Source of the DNA: Myxococcales bacterium
GTDB taxonomy: Bacteria > Myxococcota_A > Polyangia > Nannocystales > Nannocystaceae
Assembly (NCBI GenBank): GCA_020633295.1
Contig: JACKDW010000006.1
Coordinates: forward strand, 398,181-462,180
DNA length: 64,000 nucleotides
Direction: 5' to 3'
Under the pieces are notes generated by a model that had not been told where the DNA came from, made no database searches, and was given only the letters and a program-made list of their open reading frames with translations. A program made the translations under genes and the position numbers. Of this stretch, positions 47,882 through 57,009 are shown one piece after another (the first letter of the stretch is position 1; each line of letters begins with the position of its first letter).

Positions 47882-49033
47882 TCACAGGCCGAGCCATCGC
47901 GCGATTATATTGCGCTGGATCTCGGATGTCCCGGAGTAAATGGTGCTGGCGACGGAATCGCGCAGGACTCTCTCTACGCCTGACTCCGACATGTACCCGT
48001 AGGCGCCCATGATCTGGACCGTGTCCAGCGCCGACTGGATGAGCGCCTCGCTGACGAACACCTTCGTCATCGAGGCTTCCAACGTGGCGTTTCGGCCCTG
48101 ACTCAAGCGCCATGCTGCACGATACGTGAGCAAGCGCGCGGCCTCGAGCTTGATGCGCATGTCGGCGACACGGTGGGATATCGCCTGGTACTTGCCGATC
48201 TTGTTGCCGAACTGCGAGCGTGAGCGCGCGTGGTCGACCGCCCGCTTCAGCAGCCGCTCGATCTGCCCGACGTGGCTGGCGAAGATCCCGACGCGCTCCC
48301 AGTCCATCGAGCGCGTGAACTCGGCCGAGCCGGCGCCCTCGACCCCGAGCACCGCGGAGGCCGGCACGTAGGCCTCGTCGAACACGAGCTCGCCCATGGG
48401 AGATGTCCGAAGGCCCATCTTCGACATCGAGCGCGTCGCGGTCACGCCCTTGGTGTCGGCGTCGACGAGGAAGGTGGTGATGCCGCCGTGGTAGCCCTTG
48501 TCCGGGTCGGTCACCGCGAACACGACGTACAGGTCGCCGATCGGCCCGTTGGTGCTGAAGGTCTTCGAGCCCGTGATGCGGTAGCCGGCGCCGTCTCGGA
48601 CCGCGCGCATCTTCATCGAGAACGCGTCAGAGCCGGAGGACGGCTCGGTCATCCCGTTGACCGCGATCAGGCTGCCGTCCGAGAGGCCCGGCAGGTAGCG
48701 CCGCCGCTGCTCCTCGTTGCCGGACTTCCAGATCGGCACCACGCAGGAGAACAGGTGCGCGCCGAGGGAGAACACGAGCCCGCCGTCGTTGCAGTACAGC
48801 CCGAGCGCCTCGAACGCTATGATCGCGCTGAGCGCGTCGAGCCCGGCGCCGCCGTACTTGGTCGGCACCACGAGCCCCGGGAGCCCCATCTCGCCGCACT
48901 TCCGCCACAGCTCCCTGGAGAAGGTCTGACTCTCGTCGCGCGCGAGCGCAGAGCCGTCGTTGAGCTGCTCCTGGACGAAGCGCTTGATCGTGCGCTTCAG
49001 CTCTTTCTGCTCTCGGGTGGGGTTGAAGTCCAT
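47882..49033 (-). CDS. Acyl-CoA dehydrogenase family flavoprotein (candidate aminoacyl-carrier-protein dehydrogenase)
   Basis: The 383 aa have typical ACAD blocks: GMTEPSSGSDAFS, YRITGSKTFSTNG, IYSGTSEIQRNIIAR. Confidence 0.85.
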   Translation of the reverse strand: MDFNPTREQKELKRTIKRFVQEQLNDGSALARDESQTFSRELWRKCGEMGLPGLVVPTKYGGAGLDALSAIIAFEALGLYCNDGGLVFSLGAHLFSCVVPIWKSGNEEQRRRYLPGLSDGSLIAVNGMTEPSSGSDAFSMKMRAVRDGAGYRITGSKTFSTNGPIGDLYVVFAVTDPDKGYHGGITTFLVDADTKGVTATRSMSKMGLRTSPMGELVFDEAYVPASAVLGVEGAGSAEFTRSMDWERVGIFASHVGQIERLLKRAVDHARSRSQFGNKIGKYQAISHRVADMRIKLEAARLLTYRAAWRLSQGRNATLEASMTKVFVSEALIQSALDTVQIMGAYGYMSESGVERVLRDSVASTIYSGTSEIQRNIIARWLGL

Positions 49034-49164
49034 CGCAGACCCTCTCGCCGTCTGAGGCTACACGCTCGCGCACCGTCCCGTAAGCCCGCGCGCCGCGGCC
49101 GTGTCAGCGCGGCCGCGCGGCGTGCCCTCGGCGTCGTGGACAGGGACCGCTCGCACGCCTCGCC

Positions 49165-50766
49165 TCACCCGCGCCGCCCGAGCGCTTGATAGTCGACCTT
49201 GTCGGTCGAGGTCTTTGGCAGCCGGTCGAGCACCTCGACTCGATCCGGGAGCATGTAGAGCGGCACGTGCTGTGCGCAGAATTGCTTGACGCCGAGCAGC
49301 GTCAGCGGCGTCGTCGGCTCCTTGGCGACGAGGAACGCGGTGATCAGCACCCCCGCGTCCTCGTCCGGGGTCGCCAGCACGGCGGCCTCGGCGACGTCAT
49401 CGTGGCGGTAGAGCGCCGACTCGATCTCGCCGAGCTCGACCCGGTACCCGCGCCGCTTGACCATGCGATCGCGGCGCCCGACGAACACGAGCGCGCCCTC
49501 CTCGTCGGGGTACGCGATATCGCCCGTTCGATACCAGCCGTCCGCGGTAAACGCAGCAGATGTTCGTTCGGGCAGGTTCCAGTACCCGCGCGTGACCCCG
49601 GGGCCAGACACCTGGACCTCGCCCTCCTCGCCCGCCGCGACCGGCTGTCCGTCCGCCTCCGCGAGCCGCACCGAGAGGTGCGAGCAGGCCCGCCCGATCG
49701 GGTACGGCTGCTCGCGCGCCTCCGGGACGCGCGCCGGGATCTCGTGGTAGGTGCAGACGTTGGTCTCGGTCGGGCCGTAGAGGTTGAAGTAGCGCGGCGC
49801 CGGCCAGCGAGCCTGGAGCGCGCGCAGGTGCTTGACGGGGAACACCTCGCCGGCGAACAGCACGAGCCGCAGCGCGGCGAAGTCGTGCCGCTGCAGGCGC
49901 CCGTAGTGGGCGAGCATCGTCAAGATCGACGGCGCCGAGTACCAGACCGAGATCCGGTGCTGGGCGATCCACGCGCCGAGCGCCCGCGGCTCGCGGGCCG
50001 CCAGCGGATCGACGAGCACGAGCGCCGCGCCCGCGCTCAGGCACACGTAGAGGTCGAGGATCGAGAGATCGAAGTGCAGCGGCGCGTGCGATGAAAACTT
50101 GTCCTCGGGGACAGGTTCTATGATCTCGCGAGCCCACTCGACGAAGCTGACCGCGTTCTCGTGCGAGAGCATGACGCCCTTCGGGCGCCCGGTCGAGCCC
50201 GAGGTGTACAGGATGTACGCGAGCTCCTCGGGGCCGCAGGCCGCCGAGGCCGCGTCGCCGCGCGCGCCCTCGATCCCGGCGAGCGCGGCCCGCAGACCGT
50301 CGCCGCCGCCGACCTCGGCGAGCGTGATCAGCCGCGTCCCGGCGCCCTCGCCCGCGCCCTCGCCCGCGCCGCGCAGCCCCGCGAGCTCCTCGCGCAGCGC
50401 CGGCGCGAGCGCGGCCTCGACGAACACGGCCGCGAGCTCGCAGTCATGGACGATGTAGGCGCCGCGGGACATCGGCGCGCCCGGATCGACGGGGACGTAG
50501 GCCGCGCCCGCGCGCAGGATCCCGAGCAGCGTCGCGATCGCGTCGATCGACTTCGCCATGCAGAGCCCGACGCGCGCGCCGCGGCCGATGCCGAGCGCGC
50601 GCAGGGTCTCGCATGTTTGTTTGGACAGCTCGTCGAGCTCGCGGTAGGTCACGCGCCGGTCGACCCGCGGCTCCTCGACCGCCACGCGATCCGGGTGCGC
50701 CGCGGCTGCCTGTTCGAACAGGGCGTGGAGCGGCTCTCGCTGCCACCTGGGCGCCGCCATCACCAC
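49165..50766 (-). CDS. Stand-alone adenylation enzyme (NRPS A-domain-like, amino acid-AMP ligase)
   Basis: LAYILYTSGSTGRPKGV (A3), FDLSILD (A4), NLYGPTE (A5), GEVQVSGPGVTRGY, YRTGD (A7), GRRDRMVKRRGYRVELGEIE (A8), LPKTSTDKVD (A10). Confidence 0.85.
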   Translation of the reverse strand: MVMAAPRWQREPLHALFEQAAAAHPDRVAVEEPRVDRRVTYRELDELSKQTCETLRALGIGRGARVGLCMAKSIDAIATLLGILRAGAAYVPVDPGAPMSRGAYIVHDCELAAVFVEAALAPALREELAGLRGAGEGAGEGAGTRLITLAEVGGGDGLRAALAGIEGARGDAASAACGPEELAYILYTSGSTGRPKGVMLSHENAVSFVEWAREIIEPVPEDKFSSHAPLHFDLSILDLYVCLSAGAALVLVDPLAAREPRALGAWIAQHRISVWYSAPSILTMLAHYGRLQRHDFAALRLVLFAGEVFPVKHLRALQARWPAPRYFNLYGPTETNVCTYHEIPARVPEAREQPYPIGRACSHLSVRLAEADGQPVAAGEEGEVQVSGPGVTRGYWNLPERTSAAFTADGWYRTGDIAYPDEEGALVFVGRRDRMVKRRGYRVELGEIESALYRHDDVAEAAVLATPDEDAGVLITAFLVAKEPTTPLTLLGVKQFCAQHVPLYMLPDRVEVLDRLPKTSTDKVDYQALGRRG

Positions 50767-50770
50767 CCCC

Positions 50771-51079
50771 TCAGGCGCCGCTGGCCTGCTTCTTCAGGAT
50801 GAACGCCGCGATCCTCGAGATCGTGCTGAGGTGCGTCACGAGCACGTCCTCGGGCAGGATCTCGATGTCGTACTCATCCTCGAGCCAGGAGAACATCTTG
50901 AGCGCCGCCATCGAGTCGATCGTCCCGCTCTCGACCAGCGAGGTCTCGTTCGTCAGCTGCGACTCGTCCTCGCCCTGGAAGAACTCCTCGAGGATGTACC
51001 CCCGGACCTCCAGCCTGACCCTATCCAACTTCGCCGAACTCTCGTCCATGTCGTCTGCTCCACTCGCCGGTTGACCCAC
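50771..51079 (-). CDS. Peptidyl/acyl carrier protein
   Basis: The GTIDSMAALK motif marks the phosphopantetheine-attachment serine in a roughly 90-100 aa protein. It lies 4 nt upstream of the adenylation gene, and the start may be the internal ATG at 51049. Confidence 0.7.
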   Translation of the reverse strand: MGQPASGADDMDESSAKLDRVRLEVRGYILEEFFQGEDESQLTNETSLVESGTIDSMAALKMFSWLEDEYDIEILPEDVLVTHLSTISRIAAFILKKQASGA

Positions 51080-51403
51080 TAGCGGCGCCGGTCGTTTACA
51101 CGGTTCAAAGATTATGTGCTGCGTATACCCAATTGGAAAGGGTAGATGACGCGTGCACGGTCGCGCTGCTCAGCTACGCGCCTCCGCGCCGCGCGGGATC
51201 GAGACCGACGGGGCCGCCAGGCCCCGCCGCGCGCTTCCATGCACACGCACGAGTGCGCCGCGCGTGCGCGCCAAGACAGAACGTGTCCGTTCGTTCACGC
51301 GCGAGGTTCCGCTAGATGCCGCCGCGTGAAGTTGCTACCATCGTCACCTGTCGCGCAGCCTCGCTCGCGCGATCGCTGGAGGGCGACCGGCTCGCGCACC
51401 ATC

Positions 51404-52387
51404 ATGACCCAAATCCTCGACCGGATCGACGTGCACTCCCACGGCTTCCCGGAGGCCTACCTCCGCAGCCTGTGCAAGCGATATCCCGAAAAGGCGTCGT
51501 TGCAAGAGCCCTGCGACGGGAAGCCGCTGATCGCGTACTGGTCGCGCGCGCCGCTGCCGGCCTGGGACTCGGCGACGCGCCTGCGGGAGATGGAGCGCGA
51601 CCAGGTCCAGACCGAGGTCCTCTCGGCGCCGACGATCTATACGCACCTGGACGACGACAGCAGCCTGTTCTGTCGCATGCTCAACGACTTCCAGGCCGAG
51701 CTCGCGCGCATCGCCCCGGGGCGCTTTCGCTCGTTCGTGCACCTGCCCGTGAACTCGATCCCCGAGTCGCTGAAGGAGCTCGCGCGCTGGAAGGACCGCT
51801 CCGAGGCCGCGGGCGTCGTGTTCGGCTCGAACATGGGCGGCGTGTACCCCGGCGACCCCTCGCTGCTGCCGATCTGGGAGGCCATCGACAAGCTGATGAT
51901 GCCGGTGCTGATCCACCCGGTGACGCCGCCGGCGCGCTACGGGCCGGTGGTCCCGACGATCCTGCAGTTCCCGCTCGACTCCGTCACCGCGGCGACCTCG
52001 ATCCTCTACTCGGGCCTGTTCGAACGGTTCCCGGGCCTCAAGATCATCATCCCGCACCTCGGCGGCTTCCTCCCGTTCGTGCGCGAGCGCCTCGACATGG
52101 CCGCCGACATCGCCGGGTTCCCGCCCGGGCAGGGGCAGGACCTGCCGAAGAACCCGAGCGCCTACGTCGATCGCTTCTACTACGATATGGCGCAGGGGTT
52201 TAATCGCCCGGCGTTTGACTGCTGCCGCGCGGTCGCCGGCATCGACCACATCCTGTACGGCACGGATCACTTCTTCCTCGAGGACCCGTGGCGCCCGCGG
52301 CTCAACGCGTTCATCGATGACCTCCCGCTCAGCCTGCGCGATCGCGTCGCGATCCTCCGCGGCAACGCTGAGCGGATCCTCCGCTGA
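51404..52387 (+). CDS. Amidohydrolase-2 family protein (ACMSD-like metal-dependent decarboxylase/hydrolase)
   Basis: N-terminal IDVHSHGFP (HxH metal site), HLGGFLPF, YGTDHFF (conserved Asp), 327 aa. Start at the internal ATG 51404; the upstream part of the track ORF is Arg-rich. Confidence 0.75.
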   Translation: MTQILDRIDVHSHGFPEAYLRSLCKRYPEKASLQEPCDGKPLIAYWSRAPLPAWDSATRLREMERDQVQTEVLSAPTIYTHLDDDSSLFCRMLNDFQAELARIAPGRFRSFVHLPVNSIPESLKELARWKDRSEAAGVVFGSNMGGVYPGDPSLLPIWEAIDKLMMPVLIHPVTPPARYGPVVPTILQFPLDSVTAATSILYSGLFERFPGLKIIIPHLGGFLPFVRERLDMAADIAGFPPGQGQDLPKNPSAYVDRFYYDMAQGFNRPAFDCCRAVAGIDHILYGTDHFFLEDPWRPRLNAFIDDLPLSLRDRVAILRGNAERILR

Positions 52388-52487
52388 GCGCCTCGCGCCG
52401 CGCTGACCCGCGCGCGGACGAGTGCTTTCACGCCCAAGGCCCGGCTGGTAGGCTTGCGTCCGCGTGCTCCCGCGCGCCAGAGCGACC

Positions 52488-54185
52488 ATGCACGAGCTGA
52501 GCGAGCCGGACGTCCTCGTGGTCGGCGCGGGCCCCACCGGGCTCGCGCTGGCCTGCGACCTCGCCCGACACGGCGTCGTGTGTCGCGTCGTCGAGCGCGC
52601 GAGCGCGCCGGTCTCCCGCCGCGGCACCGCGGAGCTGCTGCCGCGCACGCAGGAGGTGCTCGAGAGCTTCGGCGCCCTCGCGCCGCTCGAGGAGCGCGCC
52701 CAGGCGCTGCGCTCGATGAACCTCTACGGGCACAGCGGCGCGCGACGGCTCGCGCGCCTCGAGTACGCGCAGCTCGACACCCCGTTCCCGCGCGTCCTCG
52801 GCGTCGCGCCGGCGACGGTCGCCGCGACGCTGCGCGCGCGCGCGTGTGAGCTCGGCGCGCGCGTCGACTTCGGCGTCGAGCTCGCATCGCTCGAGCTGGG
52901 CGACGGCGACGAGCCCACGCGCGCGCGCCTCCGACACGCGGACGGGCGTGACGAGACCGCGCGCGCGCGCTGGGTCGTCGGCTGCGACGGCGCCACCAGC
53001 GTCGTGCGGGCGGCGATCGACGTCCCCTTCGAGGCGCGCTCCGAGACCGAGCGCTACTGGTTCGCCGACGTCGATCTCGACTGGGAGATGCCCGAGGACG
53101 ATCAGTACGTGTTCCTGGGCGAGCGCGGCTTCGTCATGATCGCGTCGCTGCCGGGCGAGCGCCGCGCCCTGATCACGCTCGAGAACCCGCCGCCGGACGA
53201 GGAGCCCTCGCTCGAGCGCCTGCAGGAGCTGCTCTGTCGCAGAGTGCCGATTCGCGGCGAGCTGAGCGCGCCGCGCTGGCTCGCGCACGAGCGCGTCCGC
53301 CCGCGGCTCGCCGCCCGCTTCCGCGTCGGGCCCGTGTTCCTCGCCGGCGACGCGGCCCACGTCCACAGCCCGCTCGGCGGTCACGGGCTCAACGCCGGCG
53401 TCCAGGACGTCCACAACCTCGCGTGGAAGCTCGGGCTCGTCCGGCGCGGGCTCGCGCGCCCCGCCCTGCTCGACAGCTATGACGAAGAGCGCCGCCGCGC
53501 GAGCCTGCACATCTCGCGCGGAGATCCAGAGCGGACGAGCCGCGCGCTGCGGCTGCGCGGCTCCATCGCCCGGGGGCTGCGCGACGCGCTGACGCCGGTG
53601 CTCGCCAACATCGAGACCATCAACAGGCGCGTCGCGCGAGCGTTCAGCGAGCTCGAGTTCACCTACCGCGAGAGCTCGCTCGTCGAGGAGCACCACACCC
53701 CGCTGCTCGGCGCGCGCCTGACCCACAGCGACCGCAGCGAGCAGGCGAGCCTGGCCGATCGCCGCGAGTTCGCGCTCGCGCCCGCGGCCGGGGACCGCGT
53801 CCCGCACGCGCGCGTCACCACCGACGCGGGCGACGAGCGCAGCCTGTTCGACCTGACCCGAGGGACATTTCACACGCTGCTGCTGTTCGACGGCGACGCG
53901 CCGACCCCCGAGGGCTATCGCAACCTCGCCGAGATCGGCAAGGCGATCCGCGATCAGTACGGCGACCTCGTGCGCACGCACGTCGTCATCCCCGCCGCCG
54001 AGGCGCCCGCGACCCTGCCGTGGGAGGGCGCGGTGATCCTCGATCATGACGGCGCGCTGCACCGCCGCTTCGGCGCGCGCGCGGAGTGCCAGTACCTGAT
54101 CCGCCCCGACCGCCACGTCGCGTTCCGCAGCCAACCCGCGGATCGCCACGTGCTCGTCGAGTACCTCAAGCGAGTGCTGATCTAG
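52488..54185 (+). CDS. FAD-dependent aromatic-ring monooxygenase (PheA/TfdB-type hydroxylase)
   Basis: VLVVGAGPTGLALACDLARHG (GxGxxG), GCDGATSVVR, GDAAHVHSPLGGHGLNAGVQD, and a C-terminal thioredoxin-like extension. Confidence 0.8.
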   Translation: MHELSEPDVLVVGAGPTGLALACDLARHGVVCRVVERASAPVSRRGTAELLPRTQEVLESFGALAPLEERAQALRSMNLYGHSGARRLARLEYAQLDTPFPRVLGVAPATVAATLRARACELGARVDFGVELASLELGDGDEPTRARLRHADGRDETARARWVVGCDGATSVVRAAIDVPFEARSETERYWFADVDLDWEMPEDDQYVFLGERGFVMIASLPGERRALITLENPPPDEEPSLERLQELLCRRVPIRGELSAPRWLAHERVRPRLAARFRVGPVFLAGDAAHVHSPLGGHGLNAGVQDVHNLAWKLGLVRRGLARPALLDSYDEERRRASLHISRGDPERTSRALRLRGSIARGLRDALTPVLANIETINRRVARAFSELEFTYRESSLVEEHHTPLLGARLTHSDRSEQASLADRREFALAPAAGDRVPHARVTTDAGDERSLFDLTRGTFHTLLLFDGDAPTPEGYRNLAEIGKAIRDQYGDLVRTHVVIPAAEAPATLPWEGAVILDHDGALHRRFGARAECQYLIRPDRHVAFRSQPADRHVLVEYLKRVLI

Positions 54186-54192
54186 CCGCCGC

Positions 54193-55068
54193 TCAGCCCG
54201 GGTCCGCGACGGAGACGGGGCGCGAGAGCACCTCGGCGAGCGCGCGCGGGCGGTCCTCGATCATCGGCACGGTCTCGACGCAGCGCAGCTCGAGCGGGCG
54301 CGCGGGCGGCTGACGCAGCGCGAGCGCGACGCGGTGCTCGTGGCCAGGTCGCAGCAGGCGAAAGCTCCACTGCTCCGGGCGCTCGCTCGCGAGCGTGCCC
54401 GAGAAGCGGATGCGGACGCCGTCGGGCGCGACCGTCCGGCGCCCGTCGCCGAGCGCGTAGGCGAAGTCCCGCAGCGGGATCGCAAGGCCCATCCCGCGGG
54501 CCTTGATGTAGGCCTCCTTGAGCGTCCAGTAGTCGAAGAACCGCCGCCCCGCGAGCGCCTCGCCGCCCCGCGACGCGAACGCGCGCAGCTCCTCGACCTC
54601 GGGCGGCGCGAAGAAGTGCTCGGCGATGTTGAGCCCGCTCGTGCGCCGGGTGAGGTTCTCGACGTCGACGCCGAGCTCGCCGCTGCCGACCAGCATGACC
54701 GCGAGCCCGTCCGTGTGCGACAGGTTAAAGCGCAGCGCCCCGAGCCCGTGGCGCAGGTCGAGATCGGGGCGGCCGTGCTCGTTGAAGGTGAAGCGCAGCG
54801 CCGCGGGCGAGCAGGCGCCGCCCGCGTAGCGAGCGAGCGTGACGCGGACCAGCGCGCGCGCGACGAGGAACAGGTGTCGGTGCCGCGCGAACAGGAACCG
54901 GCCGTGCCGCGCGCGCTCGTCGTCGTCGAGCAGCGCCGCGTAGCGCTCGAGCAGGTCGGGGTCGACGATGTCGCGCGGGCGCGTCCACCAGACGTGGAGC
55001 GCCCCCGGCCCAGGCGGCTCCACGGCGTCGCCCGGGCGGCGCGCGTCGGCATCGGTCGCGCGTGACAC
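54193..55068 (-). CDS. Sfp-type 4'-phosphopantetheinyl transferase
   Basis: FNLSHTDGLAVMLV, GVDVE and WTLKEAYIKARG (W..KEA..K) motifs, about 230-290 aa. Confidence 0.75.
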   Translation of the reverse strand: MSRATDADARRPGDAVEPPGPGALHVWWTRPRDIVDPDLLERYAALLDDDERARHGRFLFARHRHLFLVARALVRVTLARYAGGACSPAALRFTFNEHGRPDLDLRHGLGALRFNLSHTDGLAVMLVGSGELGVDVENLTRRTSGLNIAEHFFAPPEVEELRAFASRGGEALAGRRFFDYWTLKEAYIKARGMGLAIPLRDFAYALGDGRRTVAPDGVRIRFSGTLASERPEQWSFRLLRPGHEHRVALALRQPPARPLELRCVETVPMIEDRPRALAEVLSRPVSVADPG

Positions 55069-55195
55069 GGCGGGTGATGGTCGCTGGCGCGACGCGTACC
55101 GGTCAAGCGAGGCGCGGGCGCTTGCCAGCGACGCGCTCGCGGGTCACGCTCCCCTGGCCCGCCGGCGCCGCCTGGCCCCCGCGCGCACGCGACCC

Positions 55196-56287
55196 ATGCC
55201 CGCTCCCACCGCTGTCGACAAACCCGGCGCGCTGCTCATTAACCTCGGCACGCCCGAGGCGCCCGAGCCCGGCCCTGTCCGCCGATACCTGCGCGAGTTC
55301 CTCTCGGATCCGCGCGTCATCGACATCAACCCGATCAGCCGCTGGCTGCTCCTCAACCTCGTCATCCTGCCGTTTCGGCCCGCGCGCTCGGCCGCCGCCT
55401 ACCGCAAGGTGTGGACGCCCGAGGGCTCGCCGCTGCTCGTGCACGGGCGCGCGCTCACGGCCGAGGTTCAGCGCCGGCTGCCCGACTGGGAGGTCCGCCT
55501 CGCCATGCGCTACGGCCAGCCCTCGCTGCGCGACGGGCTCGCGGCGCTGCGCGAGGCCGGCTGCGATCGCGTGGTCGCGCTCCCGCTGTACCCGCAGTAC
55601 GCCGCGAGCAGCACCGGCTCGACGATCGAGGCGCTCTACCGGATCGCCGGCGAGATGTGGAACACGCCCTTCATCACGCTCGTGCCGCCGTTTTATGAGC
55701 ACCCGGGGTTCATCGAGGCGCTCGCCGAGCGCGGGCGCGCGGTGCTCGAGGAGCTGCGCCCCGACCACGTGCTGTTCAGCTTCCACGGGCTCCCGCTGCG
55801 CCACCTGACCAAGGGCGACCCCGCCGGGCACTGCAAGGCCGACGCGGGCTGCTGCGCGCGGATCTCTGCGGTCAATCAGAATTGCTACCGCGCGCAGTCC
55901 CACGCGACCGCGCGGGCGCTGGCCGCCGCGCTCGGCGTCGCTGAAGATGGCTATACGGTCAGCTTCCAGTCGCGGCTCGGGCGGACCGAGTGGATCAAGC
56001 CCTACACCGACGAGCTGCTGCCCGCGCTCGCGCGCCAGGGCGTCAAGCGGCTCGCGGTGTTCTGCCCGGCGTTCGTCGCCGACTGCCTCGAGACGCTCGA
56101 GGAGATCGGGATGGCCGCGAGCGAGTCGTTCCGCGCGGCCGGCGGGGAGCGCCTCGAGCTCGTGCCGGCCGTGAACGCGACGCCGCGCTGGGCCGACGCC
56201 GTCGCCGCGCTGCTGCGCGCGAGCGAGCCGCCCGCGAGCCGCCGGCAGCTGCCCATGGTCACCGGCGCGGCGGCGGGCGCGACCTGA
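55196..56287 (+). CDS. hemH: Ferrochelatase
   Basis: LLINLGTPE, REFLSDPRV, LPLYPQY, FSFHGLP (catalytic His), EW..PYTDE. Start at ATG 55196. Confidence 0.85.
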   Translation: MPAPTAVDKPGALLINLGTPEAPEPGPVRRYLREFLSDPRVIDINPISRWLLLNLVILPFRPARSAAAYRKVWTPEGSPLLVHGRALTAEVQRRLPDWEVRLAMRYGQPSLRDGLAALREAGCDRVVALPLYPQYAASSTGSTIEALYRIAGEMWNTPFITLVPPFYEHPGFIEALAERGRAVLEELRPDHVLFSFHGLPLRHLTKGDPAGHCKADAGCCARISAVNQNCYRAQSHATARALAAALGVAEDGYTVSFQSRLGRTEWIKPYTDELLPALARQGVKRLAVFCPAFVADCLETLEEIGMAASESFRAAGGERLELVPAVNATPRWADAVAALLRASEPPASRRQLPMVTGAAAGAT

Positions 56288-56349
56288 AGCGGGCGTCGCG
56301 TGGGCGCGCGACGTTCAGGCGGGCGCGTCGCGTGGGCGCGCGACGATCA
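56288..56349. repeat. Tandem pair of about 30-bp near-identical GC hairpin units between convergent hemH and EVE genes (candidate terminators)
   Basis: gcgggcgtcgcgtgggcgcgcgacgttcag followed by gcgggcgcgtcgcgtgggcgcgcgacgatcag. Each unit contains the inverted repeat cgtcgcg-tgggcg-cgcgacg. Confidence 0.4.
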
Positions 56350-56886
56350 GGCGCGCGCCTCGGCGCTCGCCCTCGCGGCGGTCCCGCGACGCGGTCCGCG
56401 ACGCGCCCCGGCGAGCGCGAGCACGCGGTCAAAGTGCGCGCGCTCGACCGGCTGGACCGAGAGCCGCTGCCCCTTCTGCACCACCAGCATCTCCGCGAGC
56501 TCCGGCGCGGCCTTGAGGGTCTCGAGCGACACGGTCGCGGCGAAGCGCTCGACGAACTCGATGTCGACCATGAGCCAGCGCGGCTCCTCCGGGTCCGACT
56601 TGGCGTCGTAGTACTTGCTGCTCGAGTCGAAGGCGCTGCGATCGGGGTGCGCCTCCTTGCACACCCGGGCCAGGCCGACGACGCCGGGCGGCTTCGCGTT
56701 GGAGTGGTAGAACAGCACCCAGTCGCCGACGCGCATGTCATCGCGCATGTAGTTCCGGGCCTGGTAGTTGCGGATCCCGTCCCACTCCGCCGTCTTGTCG
56801 CGCGCGAGATCGTCGATCGAGTAGGCCTCCGGCTCGCTCTTCATGAGCCAACAGCGCGGCGCCCTGGACTTCCGTGTCGCAGCCAT
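56347..56886 (-). CDS. EVE (PUA-like) domain protein
   Basis: WLMKSEPEAYSIDDL...WDGIRNYQARNYMRDDMRVGDWVLFYHS matches the EVE N-terminus. Start is ambiguous (ATG at 56886 or 56844). Confidence 0.65.
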   Translation of the reverse strand: MAATRKSRAPRCWLMKSEPEAYSIDDLARDKTAEWDGIRNYQARNYMRDDMRVGDWVLFYHSNAKPPGVVGLARVCKEAHPDRSAFDSSSKYYDAKSDPEEPRWLMVDIEFVERFAATVSLETLKAAPELAEMLVVQKGQRLSVQPVERAHFDRVLALAGARRGPRRGTAARASAEARA

Positions 56887-57009
56887 GCGTGTTGGTGCCG
56901 GTTTTTTCACACGCGCGCAAGGCGAGGCCCGGCGAGTCCTCGACAAGGCCACGACAAGACCACGACAAGACCCGACGAGAGCCCCGGCGAGCTGCTAGGG
57001 TAGTCGCGC

